DNA of 61,056 nucleotides, counting the filler. It is 8 parts of 8 records of this genome, joined end to end, with 100 filler letters (N's around TTAATTAATTAA, not from the genome) between each part and the next. Parts side by side here need not be neighbours in the genome. Positions count along the whole stretch, not along the records: positions 24,894 to 29,958 come from SRR7504441_2228; positions 30,059 to 43,986 come from SRR7504441_2231; 6 more parts are not named here. One strand, written 5' to 3'. Shown piece after piece: positions 25,507-38,600 of this stretch (positions are counted from its first letter, which is position 1; every line of letters starts with the position of its first letter). The notes under the pieces are model-generated. The model did not search any database. It saw only the letters and a program-made list of their open reading frames with translations, and was not told where the DNA came from. A program made the position numbers and the translations under genes.

Positions 25507-28500
25507 ATGAGGATTGAAGAGACGGACGCGCTGAGACGGCGGCGGCGGCACACGGCTGTGGCGCGGGAGGAGCTGACCTGCTTCTGGACGCAGCTCCGGG
25601 TGCTGCTGACCAAGGCCTGGCGGATCAAGCGGCGCAACCGGCTGGGCACACTAGTCGAGTTCGGGCTACCGATCGGGTTCTGGGCGCTGCTGGTGTTTCT
25701 GAAGGGGTTGATCGGGCGCGAGGTGTCCCAGGGGGCCAGCTCCAACCTGTTGTCCACCGCTGGGGATGCCGACTGGCTGCCGCCGCTGTACGGGCTCCAA
25801 CTGCTCACCGGGCGCATCCTGTTCGCGGGGCAGCCGGCGACGGAGCTGCGCGAGATGTGCGAGCAGGTGTACACGGAGCAGCTCAGCGCGATGCTCCAGG
25901 CTGGCGGCGGGGCAAACAGCACGGCAGAGATCCTCAAGCAGGCCCGCAGTCGGTGTCGGCCGTACCAGGCCACAGACCAACCTCCGGCCGGTCCTGTGGG
26001 CTGGATGGAGGACGCGCTGGCGGGGCTCAACCTGAGCGGCCGGGCGCTGGAGCTGCCGTTGGGGCTGGATCTGAGTACGCTGGTGCCGGCGGACTCGGGG
26101 CACGGGGTGCTGTTTGGTACTGCCGAGGCGATGCAGTCGTACGTAATGGAGCGTGCCGGCAGGCCTCTGTCTGCTGCGCTCGAGGAGAGGATGTGCCAGG
26201 AATCCGGGTCCGAGCTGGGCTGCCTGGCGGCCAGCTCGCTGCTGGACATGTACTGCGGGGTCGTGCTTGAGTCGGGCCCTCCCGATTGGCGGTACACTCT
26301 TCGGATGAACAGCTCGAGGGTGGACGTGTCGCTTGACGGCGCCGAGCATTCGCGCGGCGAGCTGGCGGACAAGCACGGGATGCGTACGCTGTTGACTGAG
26401 CTCCCTTCTACCACGAGCAACGCCGACCCGTACCTGAAGGGGGGCTCGAACGCGTGGTATTGCTGCTGGCAAGGCCTGGGGAGATTCGGGGGTTCAGGGC
26501 CGGGTATGTAGTCTCTGGGCTTGTGAAACTACAGTCTTCAATCAACTGTAAGTCAGGGCCCTGCGTTGCGCTGAGTTGATGCGTTTCCAGCGTACATCAT
26601 CGGGGGCGAAGGCACCAGCGCCCACTATGCTGCATTTGCAACATCTGCTTATCATCACAATAGCTTTGTGCAGCTGATGTTCTCTTCTTCGAACCCAGGC
26701 ACGGTATTCCTTTGCCAGTGCTTCTTTGTTGCGAGCATAGGCATGTTGGCCAAGGCAGTCGTGCTGGAGAAGGAGTGGCATATCCGAGAAGGGATGACCA
26801 CCATGGGACTCAACAGGCACTCTTACTGGTGCCACTGGGTCTGTGCCTATTCTATACTCTACGCGGCGATGGCGTTTTGCATCACTGTTGTATGCTCAGT
26901 TGGATTCTTCACCTTCAGCAATCCAGTGCTGCTCTTTGCCTTATTCTTCCTCTATCTTCTCTCGCTGCTCTCATACACTTTGCTGGTCAGTGTTTTCTTC
27001 AGGCGCGCAAGCACGTGCGCTACATTTGCAATCGTCCTTAACCTGATTATTTACTTCTTGTCCTCTGTTTCAGTGGATACTCACCTGGGCAATCTAGTAC
27101 TCTCGCTGCTTTCTCCTGTGGCACTCTCAAAAGGAATGGACATGCTTGGGGCAGCTGAGCAGGGGACTGGCCTACACTTCAGCAATCTGCATGGCCAAGC
27201 ACGTGCGTCTGGTGATTTGTCAATGCTCGAGGTGTTGGTGATGTTGCTTCTGGACGCGGTGCTCTACTATCTGCTGGCGCTGAACCTGGACCGGCTCATC
27301 CCGCAGCAGGCCGACCCAGATCACAAGCCATGGTGCATGTGCACCACTAAGCCTGAGAGCGTTTCCGATGTTTCCATTCAAATGCAGCCTGTTAACCACG
27401 ACATCGAAATCCTGGAGTCATCTGGCAAACGGGGCATTACAACTAAGGAGCTTTGCAAGGTTTATATGGGCGCTGATGGCATGGAGATTGCTGCTGTTGA
27501 TGGATTGGATATGGAGTTTCAAGAAGGAGAGATAACAGTCCTGCTCGGGCACAACGGCGCTGGTAAGACGACCACCATCGGGATGCTCACAGGTCTAGTT
27601 CCACCGACATCCGGTACAGCTTCTGTGGCCGGTTTCGGTGTGACTGACGAGATGAACAAAGCGCGTGCCAATATTGGACTGTGCCCACAGCACAACATTC
27701 TGTTCAATCAGCTTTCAGTTGAGGAGCACCTGGAGTTTTACGCCAGATTGAAGGGCATAACCAAAGAAAACCTTGCAGAGGAGGTCAGCACGATGCTTGC
27801 TGCCATTGATCTAGAATCAATGCGAAGGGTGCACTCTTGTGCCTTATCTGGTGGAAATAAGCGCAAGCTTTCAGTGGGGATCGCTTTGATTGGAGGCTCT
27901 AAGGTGGCCTTCTGCGACGAGCCTTCTTCCGGAATGGACCCAGCCTCGCGAAGGAAGATTTGGGATCTGCTCCGAGAAGTGCGCCACGAGCGCACTGTCC
28001 TACTCACGACGCAATTTTTAGACGAGGCGGATTTACTGGGCGACCGCATTGCCATCCTTGCTTCAGGGAAGCTTCGAACTTTTGGAACGCCTTTGTTCTT
28101 GAAGTCGCGTTTTGGTGTGGGGTACACTCTCACTCTGGTGATGAGAGGAGCCGCCGAAGCCGATGCGTGCTCTCTCCAAGCCCTTGTGTCCGAGGCTGTG
28201 CCAGAGGCCAAGACAGTATCATGTGCCGGATCTGAGATTGTGCTAGCTCTGCCATTCAGTGCGAGCAAGGCCTTTCCTGCAATGCTGGCATCTATTGACT
28301 GCCACGAGGCCTTGGTTTCATACGGTCTCTCAGTGACCACGATGGAGGAAGTGTTCCTTCAGATTGCTTCTTCTGGCGATACTGACAATGATAAAAGTAC
28401 GAGAGGCTCGGCGGAGGATGACTTGAAGGGCCCGGCAACCACTTCACAATACTGTCCTGTTGAATCAGAGGTTGCTACTGGCGATCATAATGATGCCAGC

Positions 28501-29958
28501 GCTGTTCATAGTGACTTAGATGGAGACCTGGAATCTTTAACAGAAGGGCCCTCTACTATTGCGGATGACATGGATCACGTCAGCGACGGGAACGGCCACA
28601 TCTTCAGGCACATCACTGCTGTGCTTGTAAGGCGGCTTATGGATGTAAGACGAAATGCATACGCAATAAGCTTCTCGATATTGATCCCGGTGGGCGCCAT
28701 TTGCGTCGGGCTGACGGCGATCACTGTCCTAAGTGCTCTGCTTGATGACCCGATGCGCGATCTGCAGCCGATGCGCTCAATCGAGTTTCCCATAGTCGGC
28801 TCCTTGAACGAGTCCATGGAATCCGCATTGTCCAAGACAAATCTCAGACCCACCAGCGAATCACTCAGGGGAGAGGACCAATTCAAGTGTACACAGCCTT
28901 CCTCGTACAGTGCAGCCTGGGTTGTGTCAGCACTGGACGCTTTCCGCAGCCAAGAGGCATCCTCGACAGCTTCTGCAGTATTGACAGAATGGACTCACGA
29001 GCGGGCAGTTCTCTCAAACTGCATTTACCAGACCTTTTGTTGCTATGGCGAGTCTGCAGGCGAGAACGGTTCCAGGCGAAAGCATCCGCTGCATCTCCCA
29101 AAGGCTCCAGAGCATCTGGTCCAGACTAGTCCATGTCCTCCCGAGAGCGACTATAATGTGCTCAACGGCTGCAGTGCTGAGTCACTCGCAGGGCATTCTC
29201 TCCGCGGCGTTCTGTCGCTGCAGAATCAGCTGGTGGACGAGGCAGGGCTACAGCACATTGGAGCAGCTTTCATACCTAGCTCAAACACCTTCAAGGATTA
29301 TACAGTTCTGCACAATAGCGCGGATCCCCATGCCCTGCCTAGTCTGATTAACGAGCTGGACGCCGCGCAGCTGGCATTGGAGCGCCCCTCAGACACACTG
29401 AAAATGTCTGTCCACCCGTGGCCACTCACGCAGCCTCAAAGAGTGCCTTTCGCCCTGGGTACAGGAATGATCCTGGCTCTGCTAATCACTCTCGGGATGT
29501 GCTTTATTCCGGCCAGTTTCACCACGAATCTTGTGTATGAAGCCGAATGCAGAACATTGCATCAGCAACTGGTCAGTGGTTTGAGTGTCAAGACATTTTA
29601 CATCGCAAATTACATTTTCGACTTGGCAACGTACTCTATCTCTGGTGTTTCCCTCATTTTGCTTTTCTACCTATACAGTGAAGAGGTACCCGCGTACTGG
29701 ATGTACCTGGGTGATACCGTCTTACTTGTGGTGCTCTATGGCCTGTCTTCCACCTCATTTGCCTACTTCATTTCCAATCTGTTCACAGAGTACTCTAGCA
29801 GCACAGTTGCAGCCCTGATGATCAACATTGTGTCCGGCATACTCCTGTTGAACGCTTCGTTCTTTCTTGACAGCTTTCATGAGACAAGGACGTACTCAAT
29901 TCCACTTCGCTATCTATTCTATCTGTTCCCATCGTTTTGTCTCGGAACGGGTGTGTTT
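25507..29958 (+). CDS. ABC transporter subfamily A (3' truncated by contig end)
   Basis: FWTQLRVLLTKAWRIKRR N-terminus, Walker A LLGHNGAGKTT, signature LSGGNKRKLSVG, DEPSSGMDP, LKSRFGVGYTL, and the start of a second TMD. Two ~40-nt introns near 26460-26590. Confidence 0.93.
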
Positions 29959-30058
29959 NNNNNNNNNNNNNNNNNNNNNNNNNNNNNNNNNNNNNNNNNN
30001 NNTTAATTAATTAANNNNNNNNNNNNNNNNNNNNNNNNNNNNNNNNNNNNNNNNNNNN
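29959..30058. other. Artificial contig linker
   Basis: N44-TTAATTAATTAA-N44. Confidence 0.98.
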
Positions 30059-30245
30059 TTCAGAAAAACGGTTGGCCGAGTCGAAAAAGGGGAAACGCCT
30101 CCACACATTGACAAGCAGGAGACTGCGTTTAGTGACATCATGTAAATGTATGCGTTATCCCACTTTCTAAATAAATTAGGATCGGAATAGGGTAAGAACT
30201 AGGTTCACGCTTAGTTCACGCTGATTACACCCCACAATGCAGTGG

Positions 30246-31415
30246 CTAAAGATGGGTTAGGTCCCAGGTGACAATCGTCTCGTCTTCCGAGCCACTGACC
30301 AGAGTCACCCCGTCCCTCAGCACCTGGCACCAATGCGTGAGGGCAGCAGTTACCAACCCGAGCACCGTGAGTGCGCGCACCCTGCCTGAATGCCCCCGGA
30401 GCTCCCTCAGCATACAGAGAGTGCAGCTGTCCCAGAGCAGAATCGACCGACCAGCACACACCGCTATTGTGCGCCCGTCCCCTAACACGGCCAGCCCCCG
30501 GGCCAGCCCGCCGAACTTTCCGCCATCCTCGATCGTGCCAACAAGCTCGAGCGTTGAGCTGTCCCACAACAGCACGCGCCGGTCCCCACCGCTCGATGCC
30601 AGCCGCCCCCCGAGTACCGCCAGTGCAATCACATACGACGAGTGTGCCGCCTGACCGGACCGGCGCAGTTCAATTGCTGACCCTGGATCTGCCCTGGTGT
30701 CCCAGAGACGGACCACTCCATCGTCAGACCCGATAGCGAGCGTGTGCCCGTCCTCAAGAACAGCCAGCGCCCGGACCTTCTCATCGCACCGCAGCTCGGC
30801 CAACATGGGCGCCTGCTCCCGCCGGGTGTCCCACAGCTTGACGGTCTTATCGTCCGAACCCGAGGCGACAGTCACGCCGTCCCCGAGCACCACAACCGCC
30901 CATATCCAGTGCCGATGCCCGCCGATGGTGCGCAGCTTCTGCCCTGTGGACGTATCCCAGATGACCAGCACCGCCGGTATCTCGCTGCCCTGCACCAGCC
31001 GGCCGTCCGCCAGCAGCGCCAGATCGTTGACGTAGAGCGAAGATCCGTCGAGCAGCTTGCTCCGCCGGCCGCCAACCGAGGACGAGGTCCAGCCGCTTGC
31101 CGCACCATCGAGCTCCCAGAGGATGACGGTGTGGTCGTCGGACCCCGAGGCCAGCCGGCCGTCGGGCAGCTCGATAACCGTGTTGAGGAAAGAGCGGTGC
31201 CCGCGCAGCCGGCGGGTGGCCGGCAGCTGGGCCAGCAGCCACCCGAGCACCTGGATGCACCGGAGCATGGTGCGCGGCGCCTTTTCAAGCACCAGGCGCG
31301 GGGCTGCCAGCCGGTTTGCCGGGGCCCGGGCGGCCACCTCGCGCTCGAGCATCCCGAGGATTACAGATTGGGTGCACGCTGTGAGCCGCTCCATCTTTTT
31401 TTTTAACGGCTCCAT
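30246..31415 (-). CDS. WD40-repeat protein
   Basis: About seven repeats of GH...LASGSDD-x-TV-x-LWD. Start is at 31415 or 31394. Confidence 0.88.
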   Translation of the reverse strand: MEPLKKKMERLTACTQSVILGMLEREVAARAPANRLAAPRLVLEKAPRTMLRCIQVLGWLLAQLPATRRLRGHRSFLNTVIELPDGRLASGSDDHTVILWELDGAASGWTSSSVGGRRSKLLDGSSLYVNDLALLADGRLVQGSEIPAVLVIWDTSTGQKLRTIGGHRHWIWAVVVLGDGVTVASGSDDKTVKLWDTRREQAPMLAELRCDEKVRALAVLEDGHTLAIGSDDGVVRLWDTRADPGSAIELRRSGQAAHSSYVIALAVLGGRLASSGGDRRVLLWDSSTLELVGTIEDGGKFGGLARGLAVLGDGRTIAVCAGRSILLWDSCTLCMLRELRGHSGRVRALTVLGLVTAALTHWCQVLRDGVTLVSGSEDETIVTWDLTHL

Positions 31416-31435
31416 ACGGGCACCCACGGTGTGCG

Positions 31436-32209
31436 ATGCTCCGGAGGGCCCTCCTCCTGGCTGCATGGCTGCTTGAGGTCGAGCGAGCGAGCAGCTGGAG
31501 CCCTGGCGGCTTCCCCAATCAGCTGGGTACGACCCCGCCCCGAGGCTGGCGATCCTGGCTGGCTTTCCAGCAGGAAGCCGACCAGGCCAGCATGGAGGCC
31601 GCAATGACAGCCCTCCACCTGCGCCGGCCTCTTGGCAAGCGCGGCCGAATGGTGTCACTGCAGGATCTGGGGTACTCAGATATCGGCCTGGACGGCGGCT
31701 GGGCGCGTTGTGACGGGCTCAACTCTAGCTACCACGACAGCTCCGGCCGGCTTCTGATCAATGCCACCAAGTTCCCATCAATGGCAACCATGAACCAGCA
31801 CGCGCACGCGCTCGGGCTCACGTCGTCGTGGTACCTCAACTGCGACCAGTGTGGCTCGGAGAATCGGCTCACTGCCAGCGCAGCAACCGAGGCGTGGTAT
31901 GATAGCGACGCCCGGACAGCCGCCCGGCTGGCGTACGACGGGATCAAGTTCGATACACAACCGGGCGGTCCAAACTGGAACATCACCAAGTGGGCGATTG
32001 CGGTCAACGGCACCGGCCGGCCGATGGTGATTGAGGACTGCCTGGACAAGCATCCCGACGGCCAGCCGCTCAAACGGTCGGTGCATCCATCGATCGACAT
32101 CCTGCACCAGCCTGAGCGAGCTACATCGCTGGAGACTGCGGTCAATTGCGCGGATGCAAAGTTACACAAGCTTAATCTTCAAGGCAACTGCGTAGAGTCT
32201 CCTTGCTAA
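31436..32209 (+). CDS. Glycoside hydrolase family 27 (alpha-galactosidase/NAGA), secreted, apparently truncated near 32110
   Basis: Signal-peptide-like start, NQLGTTPPRGWRSW, GYSDIGLDGGW, INATKFPSM and YDGIKFD (nucleophile motif). The C-terminal part of the barrel is missing and the ORF runs into LRR-like sequence. Confidence 0.85.
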   Translation: MLRRALLLAAWLLEVERASSWSPGGFPNQLGTTPPRGWRSWLAFQQEADQASMEAAMTALHLRRPLGKRGRMVSLQDLGYSDIGLDGGWARCDGLNSSYHDSSGRLLINATKFPSMATMNQHAHALGLTSSWYLNCDQCGSENRLTASAATEAWYDSDARTAARLAYDGIKFDTQPGGPNWNITKWAIAVNGTGRPMVIEDCLDKHPDGQPLKRSVHPSIDILHQPERATSLETAVNCADAKLHKLNLQGNCVESPC

Positions 32210-33070
32210 CTGCAGTCCTCCTGGATCACCACACGCATTTCCACTAAAGTTCAACCGCTTCAGCCCCGCCATGCGCCCCAATGCAGCTGCCAGGGCTGTG
32301 GCACCTTTGACGCTAATTCCGTTATCTGAGATGTCAAGCGCCGTCACACTGCTCGCTCTCGGTTCCCGCGTGAGTGCTTGAACAACAACGCAGCAACCCA
32401 TGTCGCCTATTTGATTTCGGGGGAGAGAAAGCGTGTGGAGGGTGTTGCTTTTAGCAGATATGAGCAGCGATGCCAGAATTCGGGCGCCGTGGTGATCCAT
32501 AGTCACTTCTTTGAGCGTGAGAGACTTTAGGTCCACCCTGACATCTAGAGCTCGCACAAGCAGCATCTGCCACCGGGTCACTCCACGCATTGGGCCACCG
32601 AAACCTGCATTTCGGGCCGCTTGATCAGCACCTGACAGGGCAGCCTCTCGGTACACATGCTATGCCGGCCCTAAAGCGTCACGTTTTGAATGTTGACAGC
32701 CTTGGCTCCGTGGTGTTTCACGTTCCTCAATGCCTGCAACCAGCAGTCAGCAGCTGGCTTGGACACCCGACACCTCCATCACTTGGGCTGATCCGAGCCC
32801 AATCGCCCGGGCCTCGTCTTGTACCTTCTCCGGCAGCGGCAGCAGTGGTCCACGGGCTGTCCGGGCATTGGGCAGGCACTTAAAGTCTAGGCACGGGGAG
32901 TCATGGCCGGAGCCCCTACTGAGTGCCGACGCCTCTTGAGATGGACTGGCAACCTCTCCAGTTTCCTGGGTGCGGAGGCTGGCAGGGCCGCGGAGGGGGT
33001 GCGGGTGCCTGTACTGCCGGAGCTCTTTGGTGCCTTCCAGCACCACCTGCCTTGGGAGCTGCGGAGGCAT
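32162..33070 (-). CDS. Leucine-rich repeat protein (3' end probably disrupted)
   Basis: LHTLSLPRNQIGDMG, VTALDISDNGISVKGATALAAAL and LKRLNFSGNACGDPG. Confidence 0.75.
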
Positions 33071-33137
33071 TGCCACGGTGTGCCGAAAACACAAAAAGGT
33101 GTTCACAGAAAGAGCCGTTATAAATCAGGAGGCAGCA

Positions 33138-34522
33138 ATGCCAGAGCTCAGTGGGACGACTCCGCCGCCTGGTGCGGGGCCCGCTGGCGCTTGCGGGACG
33201 GCTCGGGGGGCAGAGGTGGTGCTGGAGTTCGTGCGGGAGCACCTGGGCTCCGGCAAGCACGTTGACGACCTGGACGACACCCAACGGTCCCAGCTGGGCG
33301 CCGTGGCTGCTCAGCTGGGCCGCAGGTATGGGCACATCGTCGGGGCCACCCAGCGGCACAAGTGGGCCTACGATCCGAGTGTGTTCCCACCCCGCCTGCC
33401 ACTCACCCCGGACGCAGCCAAGGGCACGCCTCTGCAGATCTGCGCCGAGGTGTGAAGCCCCCAGGGGCGCTGACCAGACGGGGCCAGATCCCCGGGAGTG
33501 CAGCCGCGTGCCGGCTGCTGATCGACAACGGCGCTGACGTGAACCACTGCAATCCGTGCGTGCTCGCACCGCCGGCTGCTCACGGGCCCTGCAGAGACCT
33601 CGGGCGGTCCGGGGCGCCGCCGCTGTTCTTCGCGATCAAGACGGGCGACGTGGCGCTGGTTAAGATGTTCCTGGAGCAGGGTGCCGACCGGTCGATGCGG
33701 TGCAACTTGCTCCGGCCGGTGCAGGCCGACTGATTGAGCAGTTACTCTATGCTGGGGGACCCTAGTAAGGTAATGGACGCAGTGCAGTATTCGCGCTGGC
33801 TTGCCATGCAGAAGGCGCCACCTACCCGAGTGTGCTATGCTGAGGCGAGGGCAGGGGGACGCAGCTCTGATGAGCCTGAGCAGGCTGGTGGAGTACTACT
33901 GCATGCCGTTTGGCCCGATCTCCAAACCGGTCCAAGCCATCAGGTGCGAGCGCCTTGCCTCACGGCTGGCTGATGCGCTGCCAGCTGCGACGTGATAGAA
34001 GCGGAAGGCCCGCTCCAGTTCGCGCAGGGCCATGTGGGTGCCGGGTTTGACATCAACGACATGTACGCTGGCAAGAAATGGGCAACCCTGCCGCTTTTCA
34101 CTCCGCTGGCTGTGGTGGTCGAGGCTGGATCCATGCCTGCAGCCCGGTGCGACGGTATGTGTGGGGCGCATTGAGAGGGCGTGGCAGGTACTTGCTGGCT
34201 GCGGGGGCGGACGTGAACAGGCTGAATGAGCGGTTTGGAGGGCCTCTGCACTTTGCCGTGCAGGCTGGCGATATCTCCATGTGCAAGATGCTGCTTGATA
34301 ATAAGGCCGACAAGTGATTTGAAAATACCCAGAATCGGCGCGTTGATCCCTCCCTGGGCAGGCACCTCAAGACATCAGAGCCTATGGCCATGTCTGCGCT
34401 CGAGCTGGCTGCCAGCATTGCCACCCGCGACCCGACGAGGTATGGCTGGCCTGGTGCTCGCTGATAGCGCGTGCAGGCGGGCTATCAAGAGTTTGCTAGA
34501 GTACCACCATGCCGTGTGGTAG
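33138..34522 (+). CDS. Ankyrin-repeat protein, ~11 short introns
   Basis: GTPLQICAE...LLIDNGADVN, GAPPLFFAIKTGDVALVKMFLEQGAD and GGPLHFAVQAGDISMCKMLLDNKAD, obtained by splicing 37-48-nt introns including one GC-AG (33815-33854). Confidence 0.88.
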
Positions 34523-34799
34523 CCATTGTTGTTTGTACTCGTACGAGACAGAATGATACAGTTCGCATTTAATTTTTATTTAGGATTAACTACCGGTAAA
34601 CGTGGTACTAGATCGCTACGTTCCTGTGCATCGGGACGAAGATCTCGTCATCCACCTTGAGATTGGCCTCTCGCTCGTTCACGATCTCCAGTTGGAACCG
34701 CTTGCCTTTGAAGCAGCAGTCAGCACACGCACAGCATTTCGTCCGTCCGTTGCAAGTTGCAGGCTAGGCGCCATACCAGGGCGAGGTGGTGGGTGGCCA

Positions 34800-35266
34800 A
34801 TGCCCAGCCGGAGCGTCAAGCCGGCCACGCCCCCGGCCACGCTCCCCAAGGACTTTGCACACAAGAAACGTGGAGCCCCGGCTGGAGCTTCCAAGTCGGC
34901 GAAGCGGGCGGCCCCGAGCCCTGACGGCAAGACGCTGTCGGTGGTTCAGTCCCAGGGTGCGCCCATCGCCCAGCCATGGGGCGGACCGGCTGGGGACAGC
35001 TTTCGACAAGAGCGCATTGAGCTCGGTGGACCAAGAATTGCTCCACCAGTTCGACCTAGAAACAGAGTGGGGTCCGGCCATCGGGCTCAGCCGCACCGAG
35101 CGCTACGAGGTTTCCCCGCACCAACCGGCTCTGCTGACCACCGGCTGGCCAGCGGGCAGTAAGGCTCGGCAAGTCTCCTCCAGAGGAAGTCAAGAGGCTC
35201 CTTGATAAGCTCGCCTGCTCCGGCAAGTCGCCCGCACAGAAGTGCATCTGGGAGGGCCGCGTCTAA
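34800..35266 (+). CDS. POLD4: DNA polymerase delta subunit 4 (p12), 3 exons
   Basis: Spliced LLHQFDLETEWGPAIGLSRTERYERAVRLGKSPPEEVKRLL...CIWEGRV* matches the p12 motif LxxFDL...GPxxGxxRxxRxxRA...PPxEV. Confidence 0.88.
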
Positions 35267-35664
35267 CCTGGCTGCGCTCAACACTTTGCTGAGCACTGGC
35301 ATCGCGGCGAGGCCGCGAGCTTTTAAGACCTGCTCCACGGTGCGCAGACTGGCACGTGTCTGAAGCTTAGAGTAGCATCAGACTTCAGAACCTTATGTTC
35401 CAATCGTAGAAAGACCTTATGTTTGACCGGTCATCCGCCATGTTGAGCAGGCGATCCATGTACGTTTTCACAGTTCTTTATTACACGTAATAAACAGTTC
35501 ACTCTAGAGGTGAGCATGCAATGCCATACGAACGTCCTGTACATATCGATAACATATTGAGTACTTACATATCGAGTACAATCACGCTCGGTAACGCTCG
35601 GTCCCAACCTTCATTGATTGGGGTAACGAGAGAAGCAGTTCAGCGCTCACCCTTTCTATGCCAG

Positions 35665-38600
35665 TCAGTTCACCTCTGAGAGCACAGCAGCCACCCTGCG
35701 CTCCAGCCCATCTGGCAGCTGTTCGCCAAGTGTAACGATCCTAGATATTCCCTCCTCGGTCTGGCTCGGGGCTACCCACGCACCAGACATCCAATTGACA
35801 ATGACAGGGATCTCCGGGTTGCCGGCCGGCAGGGTTGGGTGCTCCAACCGGCCGCTCAACCGTGCAATGCACTGATGAGCTGAAACCTTGAACACAACTG
35901 CAATGCACTCGGCACCCGCAGCGCGGCTCAGCTCCACCCAGGTGCTCCGCTGGGCAACATCATAGTTGCATCGGTCCACGATCACGTGCTTACGCTCCTC
36001 TAGCGACCGACGCATCAATCGTTCGCACTTCAGCTTGTTGCCAATCTCGTCCTGTGATATGACCGTTGCGCAGTCGGGCGCCGTCGCAGCGAAAACCTTG
36101 TTGCGGAAGGTTGTCTTACCTGCCATCCATCGGGTCAAATGGTTCTAGCTTCTGGGCTGACCGGAGCCTGGCAGTCCGCAGAGCAACAGTACGAGCTGTT
36201 TGCCTTCAGGCCAGCCAGCAAGCATGTCTGGCAGGGCAGCGATCGAAACCGGCTGCGTTGGCGAGACCAGCTGCACTACCTGGTGTTCAGGTGGTGCTCC
36301 TACTGGTATGTTCGAGCTCGTCTGACCGTCAGGCTGCAGCTCGCAGTCACAGTGCTTGAGAATTGCGTCATCCGGCACTCTGAGCACCCATTTGGCAAAA
36401 TCTATCCGGCTCATGTGCATGCTGTTCATCGCTTTTTGCGCCACCAGCTCATACATTGCAGCATCGTGACCTGCACTAGCTCCGCCGTCGGCTCGGCTGC
36501 GAGCGGCTCTCTTCTGTCGCTTCGGTCGTGTGGACTGGGCGCGTTTGTTGATCTCTGACTCGACCGTACAATCCCCTGTGATTTTAGCATTGTCGTGCAT
36601 GCTCACCACGCCACAGCCAGCCAGCAGGCCATCGTCTTGCAGCTCATCTCCAGCACGAGTCAGCGACTTACGCTTCCTGGACCCGACTGGTGGCAAACCC
36701 TCCGCCTGGACTCGACTTGACTCACGGATCACTGACCGCAGCCCATTGGCGTCATCCGCCTCGTCAGCCCGCTCCTCGTTCTGCCCAGACTCGGCCTGGT
36801 CTGGTGGAACATATTCAAACACATTCGAGCGCGACCAATCTGCTTCCAGCTGCTCGCGTTTCTGCAGGATTGCATGCATCCCTTCCACTTCTTCTGGTGG
36901 CTTGAGCAAGTTGGCCAACCCAAACAACTCGCCTTCCTTCTGACTCTCGACTGCTTCAAAGTACCGCCGCTGGTCGTTGCCTGTTGCAGTCAGACCCAGA
37001 TTCTTGCGCTGCTGCCTGCCATCTACTCAGCCGCACGCGATGGCACATGAACGCACTTGTACACTTGGCGCTTGTAGATGGACTCCTCGAGGCTTCCCTC
37101 TGAGAGAAGCCGGTACACAGTCACGAATGTCTGCTGGCCCAGCCGGAAGGCCCGGTCCTGGGCTTGCAGGTCAAAGGTTGGATTCCACATCGGGTCGAAG
37201 ATCACCACTTTGCTTGCCGAAGTCAGGTTCAGTCCGAGTCCACCCACCCTGCTCTCAGATGAACCGTATACTTAGCAAGCCCGCACCGGGTTGAGATCAG
37301 GAACACGAATAAATTCTTCTTCTGGTTGAACTCAGTTACCATCGAGTCCCGCTTAGATGGATGCACCTGGCCGTCCAACCGGCTGCCGGCATAGTGAGCC
37401 CTGGGCCAGCTCGGGCAGCACCGGTAGTCCCACCCGCCCCGCTGAACGAACACCTCCAGGATGTTGAGCATCTGAACGCTCTGCGAGAAGACCAGAGCCT
37501 TGGCGCCCTCGTCGTGAAACTGCTTGAGCAGCTTCCCGAGCGCTAGCAGCTTGCCGCAGTTGCGTGGGTTGGACTTGAGCTCGAACTGGTCCGTCTTGTA
37601 CACACCGCCCACATCGTCCACCCGTGGACCGAAGCACATCTCGGCCAGCCTGGCGTGGTACTCTCGCCGCTCTCTGTCCTTGTCCTGCTTGTCGGCCTTG
37701 AGCAGATCTAAGTGATTTGCCACTTTGGTGAGCACTGTCAGGCATGGCAGCATGATGCACCTGCACAGTCAGTCACCACAGCGCCTGCCTAGCCAGCCCA
37801 CCAAGGACAGCCACCTCCGTGCTTGCTGTCGGGGCACCGCCGTCCTTCTGGGTCGTTCTCGGAGGCCAGCTCAGGGTGTTGCTCGCTATGCAGATGTGGC
37901 CAGATTACGCCGTCCGGCATCACCCGATGCCGGAAGCACTTGCACTTGGCTCTCGGCTCTTTAGGCGCATCCGGCTTGTCGGGGTCTGGTGGGCAGTCGC
38001 ACGGCTCTGTAGCTCTGCGGAGCATCTGAAATTCTGGCGTGTTGAGCACGTACCGATAGACTTCCTTCTGAAGCTCACTCATGGCACAGAGCACCACCAG
38101 ATCCCGTTTGCCCGGCAGCTGGTCCTTGATAAGCGACTTGTCGCGCGAGAGGATGTGCTTCCTTACCAAGTCTCGCAGCTCATCCGCTCGCTCGTTCTTT
38201 ACGCCTATCTGCTCCAGGTCTGCCTCCTTGGACTGACCCGCGTCGATCGTCTTGCAAAAGTACCGGGCAAACTCCTTGCGCTCCATCGCTTGGCCCGGCA
38301 CGCACCAGTCTAGCAGCGTCCAGAGCTCCTGTCCCGGCAGCTCAGCCCTGCATCCATCCTGCGGCACACCATGTAATTGTTCTGCACGGGAGTCCCAGTT
38401 AGCCCGAACCGCTTCTTGGTTTGGAGATTCCGGGCCGCGTCCACCGTCTTACTCTTGTGGTTTTTAAGCGTGTGCACTTCATCGCACACCACCAGCCGCC
38501 ACTGGACAGCCTGAAGCTCCGGCCCCAGGACCTCCCGCCGGAGCGCGTCGTAAGTCGCGATCACGATCTCCAGCCGCTGCTCGGCCACAGCGGCCATCAC

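Noticed and set aside
26457-26673. A long intron in the ABCA gene
   Set aside because: It resolves into two ~40-nt introns around a small exon (WAGYVVSGLVKLQSSIN), which is a typical ABCA motif.
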